Positions 13,851 to 29,490 are shown, numbered from the stretch's first letter. The stretch is 64,000 nucleotides of DNA from Octopus vulgaris (GCA_951406725.2 OX597828.1:18414001-18478000); one strand, 5' to 3'. Numbers and translations: made by a program. Notes: a model not told the origin generated them from the sequence alone.

Positions 13851-14519
13851 AATGATAGAAAAAGGGAATAACATCATGAACGAAGTATTTTGGGTTAGAA
13901 ATAAGTGGTAGATAGCTCAGAGTACAGTGAACGTATATTTCCATTTAAATATATATTTACTAGACATCTCTGAACAAAAATATACAGGATATGTTAAGAG
14001 GTCAAAAGGAAATAATAATACATAATATTGGTGGAGCTTTGGACAAAATCCCTGACCGAATTTGGTTATGTCACTTGGATCTCTGTGTTCAAAGCCCGCC
14101 GAGGTAAACTTGAAATTTCTTACCTCCGATTATTTTCATATACTTAAAAGTCACATGGTTTCGTTTATTACAATGACCCGGTTTTTTTCATACACATCTC
14201 AATATCCGTACCAGCTTATTCTATAAAACTTAATAATTTTATTATTTTTAAAGAAACGAGTTAGACGTCAGGTAGAATCATTATAACGTCAGAATAAATG
14301 CTTTGCGACATTCTTTCCGGCTCTTCACATTCCGTGTTCAAAATCTATATCAAGGCTGATATGCCATTTTTATTCTTGGGTTATAAAATAAAGTACCAGT
14401 CATATATTGGGTCCAATGGTATCACATCAACTACTTCCTCTCCTAGCAAAATTGCTGGCAGTGTGCCTAAATCAAAAATCATTATCGACTAGAAAATAGA
14501 GTTAATTATAGAATTTCGC

Positions 14520-15090
14520 TTTCATTGGGTTAAGCATAAACTCCCTTAATCCATTTTCCTTAATCCATCATTGAATGGGTAGTCACAATAATTCATTTTG
14601 AGTTTGAGAAAGACGCTGTACGTAAGCCTTCTTGAATCCTCTAAAACTGGAGAGACTGAGGCGGCTAATCTTCCTCTTGACGAGCCGAAAATTGACGGCT
14701 ACAGGAAAAATATTTTTAGGTAGAGAATGTACGGCAGTAGGGTGCTGAAGGACAAAGAGAAGCTGTTTTTTAAGGGCTTACTTTGAGGATCTAATATAAT
14801 TGACGAAGGAAAGAGTGATGAGTGGTGCACGAGTGTTTCAGTAGAGGTGGTACGAGTCAACCAGCTCAAAATAGAGGAAGCCGTTTTAGTAACTGTAGAA
14901 AGGGCAGAGGAAGGAGACAAAGGGTCGGAAGGATACAGTGTGGAGTGTGGGGGTGTGCACTGGTTTTGTCAAATTAGTGTTACGGCTTTTTGTCCAATGC
15001 GATTCGTGGGGTTCGAATGCGTAGTGACAGCACCGTCCTAGATATAGAAACTGTTTTGGGCTGTGGGAGTCACTTGAGCTTTGTAGGGAA
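14520..15090 (-). mobile_element. Possible decayed LINE fragment (ORF1/ORF2 junction-like)
   Basis: Higher-complexity island; the minus strand gives a Ser/Pro/Thr-rich stretch followed by a weak endonuclease-start-like segment; tentative. Confidence 0.25.
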
Positions 15091-15134
15091 TCAGTTACTG
15101 TTGTTTTGTTGTTGTTATTTTATGTCTCTGAAGT

Positions 15135-15280
15135 GACTGGTACTTTAATTTATCAACCCCGAAAGGATGAAGGGCATGTTGACCTCAGATGTGTTTGAAC
15201 TCAGTACGCAAAACACTGGAAGAAATACCGCTAAGTATATTTTCTCCGACGTTTTAACGATTCTACCAGCTTGTCGCCTA
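15135..15280 (-). mobile_element. SINE family A, 5' part
   Basis: CTGGTAC...CCCCGAAAGGATGAAGGGC...TTGAACTCAG...CCAGCTTGTCGCC. Confidence 0.75.
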
Positions 15281-16204
15281 CGTTATATATAGCTCAGCCT
15301 TAGAAAGAAAAAATGGTAAATGTGATCCCAGAAGCATTTCATGTCAGAACAAGTAAGACAGAAAATTAAAGTGTGCAAGCGAAAGGCAATTAGTTTCACG
15401 TCTTCATGGTTTACCATCTTAACTAACTTGACACCCTTTGAGAGAGGAATTAAATATAACTTGAAACAAGTAACCCCGGGAAAATATATTACTGGAAACG
15501 GAGAATCTGTTTTAGAAAAATAAATTTTTATCAAAAAAAAAAATTGTAGCGAGAATTGAAAAGCTTTTATATTAGAATTACATTCGTTGAAGAACGACTA
15601 TGCTAATGGTCAGGGATAAAATTTCACTAAAAATAAAATACAAAAATTCTTCCATTTCTTTCACTGTTTTTTTTTCTTATTCCTCTTCTATTCTTCTTCT
15701 TCTTTATCTTTTTCTTCTTCATTAAACATTTCCGACATTAAAAAGAAAAAACTTTAAAAAAAAACACGAAAAAGGAATAAGAATTTATATTTAGAAACTC
15801 GCAACTTTGAAACATCAAATCGTTTTATTTCCAGCGCTGAAGAGAAAAATATTTATACTTTAATATTTCAGTGTTACATGATCTTATAATTGAAAAATGA
15901 AACGTTACTTTCAGTTGTGCATATTTGTAATATTTTTGAAAAAATTTTTTTTATTTCAAATTTCATTTGTTTTTATATTTCTTTTTTTCTATTTAAAATA
16001 TTGTTTCATATGTTAGAGCATCGTTTCAAAAGATTATTTTAAAATTAATTTCTCCTAAAGCATCTTCTTCTGACATTTTTTTCTCCCTCTCTCTCTTTTT
16101 TTTCCTCCATGGGGGAATAAATCATATTATGTTAAACATTCCAATAATCAGTTAAACAATTCTATAGCAATTTTTTACAGACAAATTAAAAGGTTCGCTT
16201 GAAA

Positions 16205-16286
<82 letters not shown>

Positions 16287-16864
16287 TTATTACTTGTAAT
16301 TTAAATATTGTTAAAAATGGTGAAATCATTTCTTTTTAAGGTTACGACACAAAGCAATCTGCACTTAACTTGAGTGAATTATAAATACATCCGTTATTTT
16401 CAATCTGGTTTAAAAATGGTTTTGTAATACTTAAATAAAGACAGGAGTCATGTAGTTAAATACAGACCTGTTATCGGCGGGAAGAACTGATATAATGGAA
16501 GGCACCGACGTTGGGATTTATGGTTAGTGTCTTGTCACGCCAGGGCTCTGCTCTGTTTGTACTCAAACCACTCGAGTGCTAACATGTGCGTGTGTGTGTG
16601 TATGTGTGTTTGTGTGTGTTGTTATCATCAGCGGGAGAGATTAGTCACTCAATTTGTTTGATACTAAACACATCAGGAACCATTGGAAAAAAGCCTGTAT
16701 ATGATTACACTGTATGTGCAAAAAATGGGTGCCGAATTGACTTCGAAAATCTAATATCTTTTAAGGATTTAAGCATACGGAACATTGTATATAGTCTTCG
16801 AAAAAATGACGGCTAGTCTCAGCTCAATATACGTATATTATTCTATCTGTATATATACGTGATA

Positions 16865-16916
<52 letters not shown>

Positions 16917-16950
16917 GAGATAGAGAGAGAGAGGGAGAGAGAGAGAGGGA

Positions 16951-17027
<77 letters not shown>

Positions 17028-17038
17028 CATTATATATA

Positions 17039-18343
17039 TTAGGTTGTCAAGAAAGTTCTTGTGGAATTTTTAATTTTGGTTTTAAATGATGTATTTTCAA
17101 ATTAATTTTTGTTAAATTACTTTGACTTTATATATCATTTTAAAACCCGTTTTTTTGCTCTATCTAATCCTGCTACTCTTCTTATTTTTGAATAATTAGG
17201 CCATTTTTTCCGGAATATTGAATACAACATGTACTAAAAGCAAATTCGCACAATTTTCTTATTCCAGTCCAAGCTACGCCGAAAAGCTGCTGAAACATCT
17301 CGCAATATCAATGATGCGTTTGGCCCAGGAACAACTAATGAATGTACAGCACAATGGTGGTTCAAGAAATTTCGTAGCGGTGACGAGAGTCTTGAATATG
17401 AAAAGCGTAGTGGTCGGCCATCGGATGTTGATAACGATTAACTAGGAGCCTTAGTCGAGGCCAATCCAAGCACAACTGTGCGAGAGCTTACTTCTGAATT
17501 ACACGTAACGTATACGACAATTTCCAACCACTTGAAAGAGATTGGAAAAACAAAAATACTTCAGAAATGGGCGCCACACGAATTGAACGACAACCAAAAA
17601 AAAACCCTACAAAAAACGCCGTTTTGAAGTGTCATCTTCCCTTCTTTTACGCAACATGAACGGCCCGTTTCTCGACCGGATTGTGACTCGCGATGAAAAG
17701 TGGATTCTTAACGACAACCAGCGACGCTTGGCTCAGTGGTTGGACACCGACGAAGCTCCACGGTACTTCCTGAAGCCAAAGTTGCACCAACAGAAGGTAA
17801 TGGTGACTGTTTGGTGGTCTGTGGCCGGTCTCATCCATCACAGTTTTTTGAATCCATGCAAAACCATTACAACAGGGAAGTACTGTCAGCAAATGCATAA
17901 GATGAAATGCATAAGAAACTCCGACAACAAACGCCAGCATTGGTCAATAGAAAAAGACCAATTCGTCTCCACAACAACGCTCGGCCGCACGTCGTATAAC
18001 TGACCCTGAAGAAGTTGAACGAATTGGGCTACGAAACACTGCCTCATCCGCCATACTCACCAGACCTCTCGCCTACCGACTACCACTCTTTCAAGCATCT
18101 CGACAACTTCCAGTGTGAGAAATGCTTCAAAATCCAAGACGATGCCAGACACGCCTTCAACGACTTCATCGCTACCAGAACGCAGGATTTTTACGGTACT
18201 AGCATAAATAAACTTGTTTCGCGTTGGAAAAAGTGTGTTGATTCTGATGGTGATTATTTCGATTAATAAAGTTTTGTTTGGGCCGAGATATGTGCATCTG
18301 AATTTAAAGGTTAAAAACCGGAGGAACTTTCTTGACAACCTAA
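17039..18343 (+). mobile_element. Full-length mariner transposon (Hsmar1/cecropia-like), 1305 bp
   Basis: TIRs TTAGGTTGTCAAGAAAGTTC (17039) and GAACTTTCTTGACAACCTAA (ends 18343); TA on both sides. Confidence 0.95.
17229..18266 (+). pseudogene. Mariner D,D34D transposase pseudogene
   Basis: KQIRTIFLF..KAAETSRNINDAFGPG..QWWFKKF..RSGRP, WAPHEL, VTRDEKW, KVMVTVWWS, LHNNARPH (second catalytic D changed to N), YSPDLSPTDY; in-frame stops and frameshifts. Confidence 0.95.
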
Positions 18344-18794
18344 TAGATAGATGTGTGTGGGTGTGTGGGTGTAAAACATCTCACTAGTAGCAGTGTTTTT
18401 TAGTTTTGTTCCTATTTATTTATTATCATTGTTGTTTCTTAGATGTGAGATGTCAACATTTATGATATTCTTCATTTAACAGATAAGATGGACATAAAAT
18501 TTCTCCCACCCCTTTCCATTAAAATATTCTCCGTTAATTTCCCCTCTTTTTTCAAATTTTCTCACACAGAGTTGCCAGAATAATTGAGACTGAACGAATG
18601 CTGTATATCATGCAGGATACGTTATGCAAGTCTGTTCAATCACAGCACTCTCCGACCACGAAACATGAATTAGTTCACATATAACACTTCTACTCATTAA
18701 ATTATATATAGAGATATATGTACAACTATATCTCAGAGTATGAGTCTCTGTGTGTCTGTGTGTGCATGTATGACTGCATACATATACATACATT

Positions 18795-18972
18795 CCTGGC
18801 AATCTCGAGTACAATCAGCTGAAATTGCAAAGATAATCTGGAACTCGACTGAGGAAAGAAAAATTCGAATGACTCGGCCTTGTTTTGTTTGTATACTCTA
18901 TCTGGATGTTTTGTTGTCCCATATTTGTATCACCTAACTGTCCGGATGTTTTGCGCTCGTCCCATTTTGTAT
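18795..18972 (+). mobile_element. Probable Penelope-like terminal fragment
   Basis: Short island between microsatellites; eroded CTGAAA...AAGATAATCT GGAA CTCGA motif followed by a T-rich tail. Confidence 0.35.
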
Positions 18973-19036
<64 letters not shown>

Positions 19037-19055
19037 ATGTATATATATATATATG

Positions 19056-19111
<56 letters not shown>

Positions 19112-19113
<2 letters not shown>

Positions 19114-19300
19114 GGGAAAGTTTACGAAAAAAACAAAAGACGAAGACAGGTGGGGTACAAAACAAACAGATGTATTAGTATAGCGCTCAGGAATAGAAAA
19201 AGTCTTTTACGTTTCGAGCCTACGCTCTTCTACAGAAAGGTACACAGAAAAAACAAGGAGAGAAAAAAATTGTGTAGTGGCTAACGATCTATCATGGCGT
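19112..19300 (-). mobile_element. Penelope-like/retrozyme family H1, copy 1
   Basis: Homologous to 59569-59720 and 63172-63300; all three end in ...CCCTATA abutting TA-rich repeats. Confidence 0.8.
19204..19239 (-). ncRNA. Minimal type I hammerhead-like motif with A6U core
   Basis: CUUU-CUGUAGA-A-GAGC guag GCUC-GAAA-CG-UA-AAAG. Confidence 0.65.
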
Positions 19301-19406
19301 CTGACTCCGACAAAATGGTCAGACGGGAGGAGAAAGTAGGGATGATATATCATGTATGTATAAGAATGAGTAAATATTCAAAATAAATACTCGTAAATAT
19401 ATTATC

Positions 19407-19459
<53 letters not shown>

Positions 19460-19534
19460 CATCATCAATATCATCATCATTATTTATATATATACACATT
19501 ATACATATGCATACATGGATACACACACACCATA

Positions 19535-19577
<43 letters not shown>

Positions 19578-20200
19578 GCAAAAAGATGGTTGTATATTGT
19601 CACTTAAAACTTCATTTTCGGAATATGCTAATAATCGGGGAACAAGCGAATTCCAGTCACTCTGAATATATCCAAAATATTTACGTCGGCGTGTTGGCTT
19701 TATATTTACCTGATAATTATATTTCATTTCTAAAAATAACACGACAAATCCCAAAATTTGCCCAGTAAAGAGTACCATTTTCATGGTATATTTCTCTCTT
19801 ATAAATGGATGCCCGGGTTCATATGTGAGTGCATGTGTGTGTGTGTTTGTGCATGTGTGTGCGTGCGCGCGTGGTTGAATGTGAATACACGTATTTCACT
19901 TTTGTATGTGTAAACACCAACACATGCTAATATAGATATATGTAAATGTGTGGGCGGGGCTGTGTATGTTTGTATATATATATATATATATATACAATAG
20001 ATTGTAGGCATTTACACAAACATATTGTGCATGGAAATATATGTATAAATATATATGTATATATCGAGAGAGAGGGAGAGAGAAAAAGACAGAGAGAGAG
20101 AGAGATGCAGAGAGCTATATGTATTATTTCCTTGTCTTTTAAAGTTGGCTATCTGTCTATATTTATACACACATACAAATATGTATATATTCGCGCATGC

Positions 20201-20289
<89 letters not shown>

Positions 20290-20335
20290 TATATGTATGT
20301 ATATATGTATATATGTATATATATATATGTATGTA

Positions 20336-20404
<69 letters not shown>

Positions 20405-20691
20405 TTATATATACATATACATACATATATATGCAGACATACATACATACATATACATATATACAGTATTGTATTGATCGTGTTTTAATCTGACTCTCTA
20501 ATTATAGTAGGTTCCAGACTGATTCAGATTGCGTAGCCTAAGGGCGTTAATATATGTTGTGTCAGTTTCTGCTATGCGAGCACCTAGAGGTGTTCTCATT
20601 GTTAGAACCATTAGAACCATATTAATTAGTGGAATAATCAGTAATAACCATGGCAAATATGACAGTCATACATATGTGTATACATAGTTGA

Positions 20692-20734
<43 letters not shown>

Positions 20735-20823
20735 CACACACACGCATATACTTATAAATATATACACATAGAAAAGCAGAGCGATAGATAGATATACAGA
20801 GAGATATATACATTTATATCTAT

Positions 20824-20874
<51 letters not shown>

Positions 20875-20965
20875 ATATATATATATATGCATATGCGTTC
20901 GTGTGTTTGTTATATACATGTATGTAATGTAAAGGTTGGTAGATCGATAGACAAACAGACAGACC

Positions 20966-21084
<119 letters not shown>

Positions 21085-21514
21085 TGATAGATAAAGAGAT
21101 AGAATGACACACAAGCAGACTGACAGATAGATATATATATACGTATGTATCGATGTGTGTGCATGTGTGTATATGTGTATGTGTGCATGTATGTGTGTGT
21201 GAATATGTCTGTGTGTGTGTGCATGTTTGTGTATGTATGGTCGTATGTTTGCATACAAGATCACAAAGCAATAGGTAATAATCTAGATCTAGCTTGAATA
21301 ACGGATATTTCCAATAATTTTAACAACAAAGGTAGGTAATGTTTCAAAATTATAGACATTAGATAAATAAGGTAGAGAAACGGAATGTTTATTATTGAGA
21401 GAGTTTTGAAATTTAAGAACTGTAACCTAGAAAATTGTCTTGTTGTCAGTAATCACGCCAAATGAACTAATAATTCGATTTACACATACATACATACATA
21501 CATACATACATACA

Positions 21515-21550
<36 letters not shown>

Positions 21551-21619
21551 CATATATATAAATATATATGTATATATATATATATACATATATATAAATA
21601 TATATGTATATATTTACAT

Positions 21620-21667
<48 letters not shown>

Positions 21668-21707
21668 GTATGTATGTATGTATATATGCATGGTGAATAC
21701 ATACATG

Positions 21708-21775
<68 letters not shown>

Positions 21776-21808
21776 AAGATAGATAGATAGATAGACAGAT
21801 AGACAGAC

Positions 21809-21871
<63 letters not shown>

Positions 21872-21993
21872 ACTGAAAACCTGTCAAAGACAAATATATA
21901 TATGTTAGATTCCATGACCCCATTCCGCAGAAGACTGACTACCAGATGAACTTTTAGATCATGATGTAGTAACCTTCAAGGGAAGATAACTAT

Positions 21994-22233
21994 GCTAAAC
22001 ACATTTTGCAGTACCAGTATAAAAATGGACTATGTGCAAAAACAGCGGCAAAAGAACTAAAGGAAGTGGAAGACCCAAGAACTGCCTTTGAACTGTCAAT
22101 GCCTCACTCTAGCTATTGTCCAGAACTTACACCATCAGATTATCGCCTTTTCAGAGCCATGGTTCATTTTCTTCCAGGACAGTGGTTGTGCATTGTGGAT
22201 GACGTTGAAATCAGTGGCAGGATGGCTTTTTGA
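21994..22233 (+). pseudogene. Internally deleted mariner transposase relic
   Basis: N-terminal HILQYQYKNGLCAKTAAKELKEV joined to MPHSSYCPELTPSDYRLFRAMVHFL (compare LPHPPYSPDLAPSDYHLFRSM). Confidence 0.7.
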
Positions 22234-22608
22234 CTCTGAACGAGGCAAATAAAAAGATTATTCCAAAATTATGAGTATTCCTAACACCATTTGCAAGTAG
22301 AATCAGTGTATCTTTTCAATTACCTAAACAATCTGCCCCGACAGGCATCAGTATGGTTTCCGCCAATCCATTTTAAAGATATGGGCCTCTCCGAGGCGAT
22401 ATCGAACAGGTTACCTTTCGATTATGAGGTCAACACCTCAACCAATCTGCCATAGCGCACATATTATATAAGTCTCAACACATTAAATATCTAATATGTA
22501 TATATGCGTGTGTGTGTGTGTATACACACATACACACACATACTCACATACACTCACACGCATAAGCACAAACACACCCACATATATACGTATATATATA
22601 AAGATATC

Positions 22609-22666
<58 letters not shown>

Positions 22667-22700
22667 AATGTATATACACCCACAAATATTTACATATATA

Positions 22701-22813
<113 letters not shown>

Positions 22814-23345
22814 AATTGGAAGGTTTACAGTTTACATACTTCAGAGAAGAAATGGTCATTATTGGATGGATCGAATTGTCACATTGGCACAAGGCCACAA
22901 ATCTGTAAGGAATCCATATATTATATACTGGATCATTGCCAGAATATTAACTGTATATATTTTATTGATTTCTACAGATGAAAGGTGACACCAATTCTAT
23001 TTAGATTTGAACTCAGAACGAACTCATAGCCTCTAGAATAAGGATTAGAGTCCGAATTAAATATATCACTTCTGATACGAACAGATATCATCAGTGAATT
23101 AGTGTTTTCATATCATTAATGTCGTATTTGGAAGTGTTCATCGAAGTGTCTTGTCACGAAAGGAAAATGTGCAACCATGCCTTTAAGATGGAAGCATGGT
23201 TGTGTGGTTAAGGCGCTTACTTCGTAATGGCGTTGTTTTTAAGTTCAGTCCCAATGCGCGGTTCCGTAGAAAACGTTTATTTATTATATTATACCCGCGG
23301 GCTGGTTAGTGGCGTGTGAAAGAATTGAAACTGTATGAAATCACG

Positions 23346-23379
<34 letters not shown>

Positions 23380-23590
23380 TTTTTATATTTGGTTCAGCCA
23401 TTTGACTGCGGCCATGCCGGAGCAATTACTTTGAAGGGTTTTTGAAGAAATTGACCCTAGGTGTTATTTTTTGTAAGCCTAGTACTTAGTCTATCGGTCT
23501 CTTTGACGAACTGCTAAGTTATGGTGACGGATACACACCAACAACCGTTGTCAAGCGATGATGGTGGGGAAGACAAATACAGACACACAC
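23380..23590 (-). mobile_element. SINE family B, 3' part
   Basis: CATTTGACTGCGGCCATGC...GTTGTCAAGCGATGATGG. Confidence 0.75.
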
Positions 23591-23621
23591 AGACGCACGC
23601 ACATACACACACACGCACACA

Positions 23622-23717
<96 letters not shown>

Positions 23718-24553
23718 TATGACCAAAAATATTCCAGCCATAACCATACCGTCTTTTTTCAAAGGCCCTGTGTACCTTGGATTACATTATGATTTATTCC
23801 TGTTGATGTTAAGCCTCAGATCAGCATTGCTGAAGGAGGCATAAGATCGAAATTACTCTAGTTGTGGCATATCATATGCCCCCTGGTCTTTCTCATAATA
23901 ACAAAACACTTAGGCTAGTCTAACGTCTGTGTCTAGCGTGTAAGTCAGCCTTGTATATAATTTATAGGCCACCAACTAAGGGCGAAATCGTTTTGTTATG
24001 GTGGTTGCGTTACTTCAACATCTGCAATAAAGAAGTTCCGTCTCTTTCGTAATTTCAGGGTTTCCAGAATGTGAAATAAGACCAGAAACAGTTGTAGCTT
24101 TCTGTCTTCTCACATACGTAGGTGACTGTCTCAAGTGTTCAAGTATGGCGTTGTCAACTGTGGTAATCATTGGTTACGTAGAATTGAAAAATTTTTAAGC
24201 CAGATCAGCGAACTTAATTCATGAATTGTACATTTTATGAGAATGAAATACCGCTACTATCGAAACAATAGTCATAAAGACGATATCGTGTAAACAAGAG
24301 CAGATATGATTCTTTGGGCTTTCTGATTGGTTGCGCGAACGAAGTCTTAGTCTTCACTGATTATCGATGGGCGAACATGAATACCGGAAGGCATCTCCTT
24401 TCTTCTTTCTTTTCATTCTTTTTTTAATTTGTCATGTATTTATATGGCAGTGGCTGGAACTGGTCATATCACATGATCCAGCACTATCGCATGTGTGTGT
24501 TCATACATATTTATGTGTGTCCATGTGTAAATATATATAAACATGTGCGTGCA

Positions 24554-24638
<85 letters not shown>

Positions 24639-24665
24639 AGGTTTGGAGATGATGTACAGGTATTT

Positions 24666-25387
<722 letters not shown>

Positions 25388-25572
25388 CTGTTGTGTCTGG
25401 AGAGAGTCATTTTCTTTTTGTGCCTCATAATTTAAAACACTCACCGGTAAAGTTTTACCGGTGAGTGTGTTAAGGCAGAAAAAGAAAATCACTCTCCCCA
25501 GACGCAACAGAATATTCTTCAACACACGAACACACATAAAGAATATTGCAAAACAAATAAAAAACGAAACCT
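25388..25572. mobile_element. Fold-back island, family H2
   Basis: 25388-25451 inverted against 25454-25510; homologous to 38649-38775. Confidence 0.75.
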
Positions 25573-25707
25573 ATATATATCTGTGTGTGTATGTTTACAT
25601 TTATATATGTATGTATATATGCGTGTTTGTGTGTGTGTGTTTGTGTGTGTGTGTTTGCGTGTGTGAGCATCTATGTGTGCCTATATACGTCTATGATTGT
25701 ACGTGTA

Positions 25708-25842
<135 letters not shown>

Positions 25843-25957
25843 GCATACATGTAAGTATGTATGTATGTATGTATTATGTATTATGTATGTATGTATGTAT
25901 GTACGCATGTATGTATGTATGTATGTATGTATGCATGTATGTATGTATGTATGCATG

Positions 25958-25989
<32 letters not shown>

Positions 25990-26023
25990 AACACACACAC
26001 AAAAGAACGACACTAACATAAAC

Positions 26024-26116
<93 letters not shown>

Positions 26117-26425
26117 CAGACAGATAGAGAAAAACAGAGAAAGAGAGAGAGAAACAGAAACTGGCAAACAGAGATAGGGAGACAGAGAGAAGAGATATAT
26201 AAATAGATATATCCGTTTTTTTAAGTCTCTTCAATCTGATATGTTCATTAAAAGTCTATTTCCTCTACAACGTACAAGAAACGGTTTGCCAAAGATGTTG
26301 CGTTCTTCAGACACTAAGTGCTTGGTCTGTATTTTCGTCGACTTTCCAGATGAGTGAACGCCCTCTCTCTCTCTCTTTCTCACACCCTCGTCTTACTTTC
26401 TCCCTCTCTCACACACACACATTTG

Positions 26426-26461
<36 letters not shown>

Positions 26462-26747
26462 TCTTGATCACTCTCACTAAGTAGTGAAAGTTGTAACTGC
26501 CTCGATTAAAGGAATTAAGATGTACTGTGTGACGCTCATCTGCGTCTTGTTACCACACACGCACAGAGACAGACATACAGACACGCACATACACAAGACA
26601 CATACATTCTCACACACACACACACACACGCGCGCGCATATACACATCAGTACAGACGTATAAAAAAATATGCATGTAAGTACTTAAGTACATACATATG
26701 TACGTAAACAAGCAAGCAAGACGAGAAATTATATATATATATGTGTG

Positions 26748-26860
<113 letters not shown>

Positions 26861-26941
26861 GTTTATATATATACGTGTATATATATATATGTATGTGCTT
26901 ATATATATGTATATACATATATATATATACATATATATATC

Positions 26942-27009
<68 letters not shown>

Positions 27010-27053
27010 TATATGTATATATGTATATACGTTCATACATATAAATATATGTA

Positions 27054-27109
<56 letters not shown>

Positions 27110-27193
27110 CGCATAACAAGTGAATAATTGTGAGTAGATTTAAGTACTGAAGAGACTAAACATGTATGGCAGAACTGAAAGCAGGACGAGAGA

Positions 27194-27239
<46 letters not shown>

Positions 27240-28189
27240 AATAGAAATAGAGACATACTTCTGATAAATGTTGATGAGCAGCAGATGTGCGTTGAAGAGG
27301 TCTTAAGGAAATTGAGGATTAGTTAGTTGATGCCGTTAATATATAGAATTGCACTAATGTGAAGAGAAATGGGGAAAAGATGTAGGGATGTGAAGAACAA
27401 GAGAACAATGTTCCCTTCTTAAAACTAAATTATATTTTCAAAATGATACTTATCATCTCCCAAAAGGGTTTCATTTTTTGATGGGTATTCTTGATTATTT
27501 TGGCCATTTAACGTTTTTTTAAAAGGTTGTCGTTTATAACGTATGTAAGTATATAATTTATACATATATGCGTGTTGGTATGTGTGCGTGTGTGTGTGTT
27601 GTGTGTGTGTGAATGTAGAAGAGTGAGAGGGTATGTGCATGAGTATTTGTAATGTGCGCATGTGTGTGTATATATATATATGTTTATGTGTATATATATA
27701 TATATATATATATACATACATACACACACACGTACACATATGTGTGAGTCTGTGTGTGTATGAATATTTCTATGTGCCTACATATGTGTGTGTATGGACG
27801 TATATGCATATGCATATATATATACACACACACATATACATACATACACACATACATACATACATACATACATACATACATACATACATACATACATACA
27901 TACATACATACATACATACATACATACATACATACAAACATACATATATATATGAACACCTATACATTCATATATACGTACCTATGAGATGAGGGTGTAT
28001 ATATGTAAGTACACGCACACATTCAGTGACGCTAATGTTTTTAACGAAACTAAGTACATTTACATTTCTTCCTTATAATTAGAAATACGCAGAGAAACAG
28101 CCTCAGATTTTTATCGAACAATTTATAAATCAAAAACAGGTATAGCCCACTTGGTCTCCTTTATTCATACAACATCCATATTACTGTAG

Positions 28190-28570
28190 TGGAGGCCCAA
28201 TGGCCCAGTGGTTAGGACAGTGGACTCGCGGTCATAGGATCGCGGTTTCGATTCCCAGACCGGGCGTTGTGAGTGTTTATTGAGCGAAAACACCTAAAAG
28301 CTCCACGAGGCTCCGGCAGGGGATGGTGCTGATCCTTGCTGTACTCTTTCACCACAACTTTCTCTCACTCTTACTTCCTGTTTCTGTTGTACCTGTATTT
28401 CAAGGGCCGGCCTTGTCACTCTCTGTGTCACGCTGAATATCCCCGAGAACTACGTTAAGGGTGCACGTGTCTGTGGAGTGCTCAGCCACTTACACGTTAA
28501 TTTCACGAGCAAGCTGTTCCGTTGATTCGGATCAACCGGAACCCTCATCGTCGTAACCGACGGAGTGCTT
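28190..28570 (+). mobile_element. tRNA(Arg)-like SINE family C, subtype 2
   Basis: A box TGGCCCAGTGG, GACTCGCGGTC anticodon-like arm, B box GGTTTCGATTCC; ends CGTAACCGACGGAGTGC; second copy at 44314. Confidence 0.9.
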
Positions 28571-29490
28571 CCGATATTACTGTATTCTTTATATATCTTT
28601 GTACATATACTTTTTTGTCGAGTAATGTTTTTTCCGTTTGAAGTTGTTGAATTTGTTCATCTCTATAAGTTTTGTTTTCTAAATCATTGTTTCTCTCCTT
28701 TTTCTCCCCGTTTTTGTCACCTGTTGCTTGATGAAACAATTTGAAGTTTTCTAAATTAACCAACACCGTTTCTGCTTTCTCATTGCAGCAGTGTGTCTAT
28801 TTAATTTTTCTTTCTGACTTTTCATTAAAAAGATCATTCTGCTTTCTTAATGATTAACTAATGTTTTAATAATCATAAATTTTTGTTGTTTTGCAGTACA
28901 TCGCAACATTCATAAGAGATTCGCTTCGTCATTTTTGCAGCTCCAACATTTCTTCTGCGGTAAGTTGCAGCCATCCGACAGAACAATTACACTTAAGCTT
29001 GATTTCAATTTCTTTCTCACTAAGACCAATAATAATTTGGTCTTAGTCTCGGTTTACTTGCTGGAGTAGTGCTGTTCATTTTTTGAATTCAAAAGTTCAT
29101 TGTCTCATAAATTCAGATAATCCGTCCAGCATCGCAACAGCCATCAGAAATGTTGATGGTACTTTTAGCATATGGTCTACCGCAGTACCTCTAGTGTGCG
29201 CTGGGAAATAACCTGATCTGGGTTAGGGTTAGAGTCAGAATATTTTGAAATAACATATTGAAAATTCAGAAAGACAAGTCGTGTTAGTGCCTCCTCATGT
29301 CTAAAGAGGAAATACAGTTCTGCATTAATTTCTACAGTGAATCATACATGTAGATTATTTTGGGAGGGATAAATATGAGGTTCTTATTTTCATGTTATTT
29401 TGATATTTTTAATTATTTGCTCATCCTCTAATTACAAACTTTCATCGAGTAGCATTTTCAAAAATAACTCCATCATTACTGAGGGCTCGT

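Noticed and set aside
23780-24280. Possible decayed Penelope GIY-YIG fragment (IIY..TYVG) with an eroded hammerhead near 24235-24280
   Set aside because: Too degenerate to support without a profile search
28190-28265. tRNA-Arg-like sequence as a tRNA gene
   Set aside because: It is the head of a repeated SINE; the acceptor stem does not close
29219-29234. GGGTTAGGGTTAG telomere-like motif
   Set aside because: Only about two units; not a telomeric array
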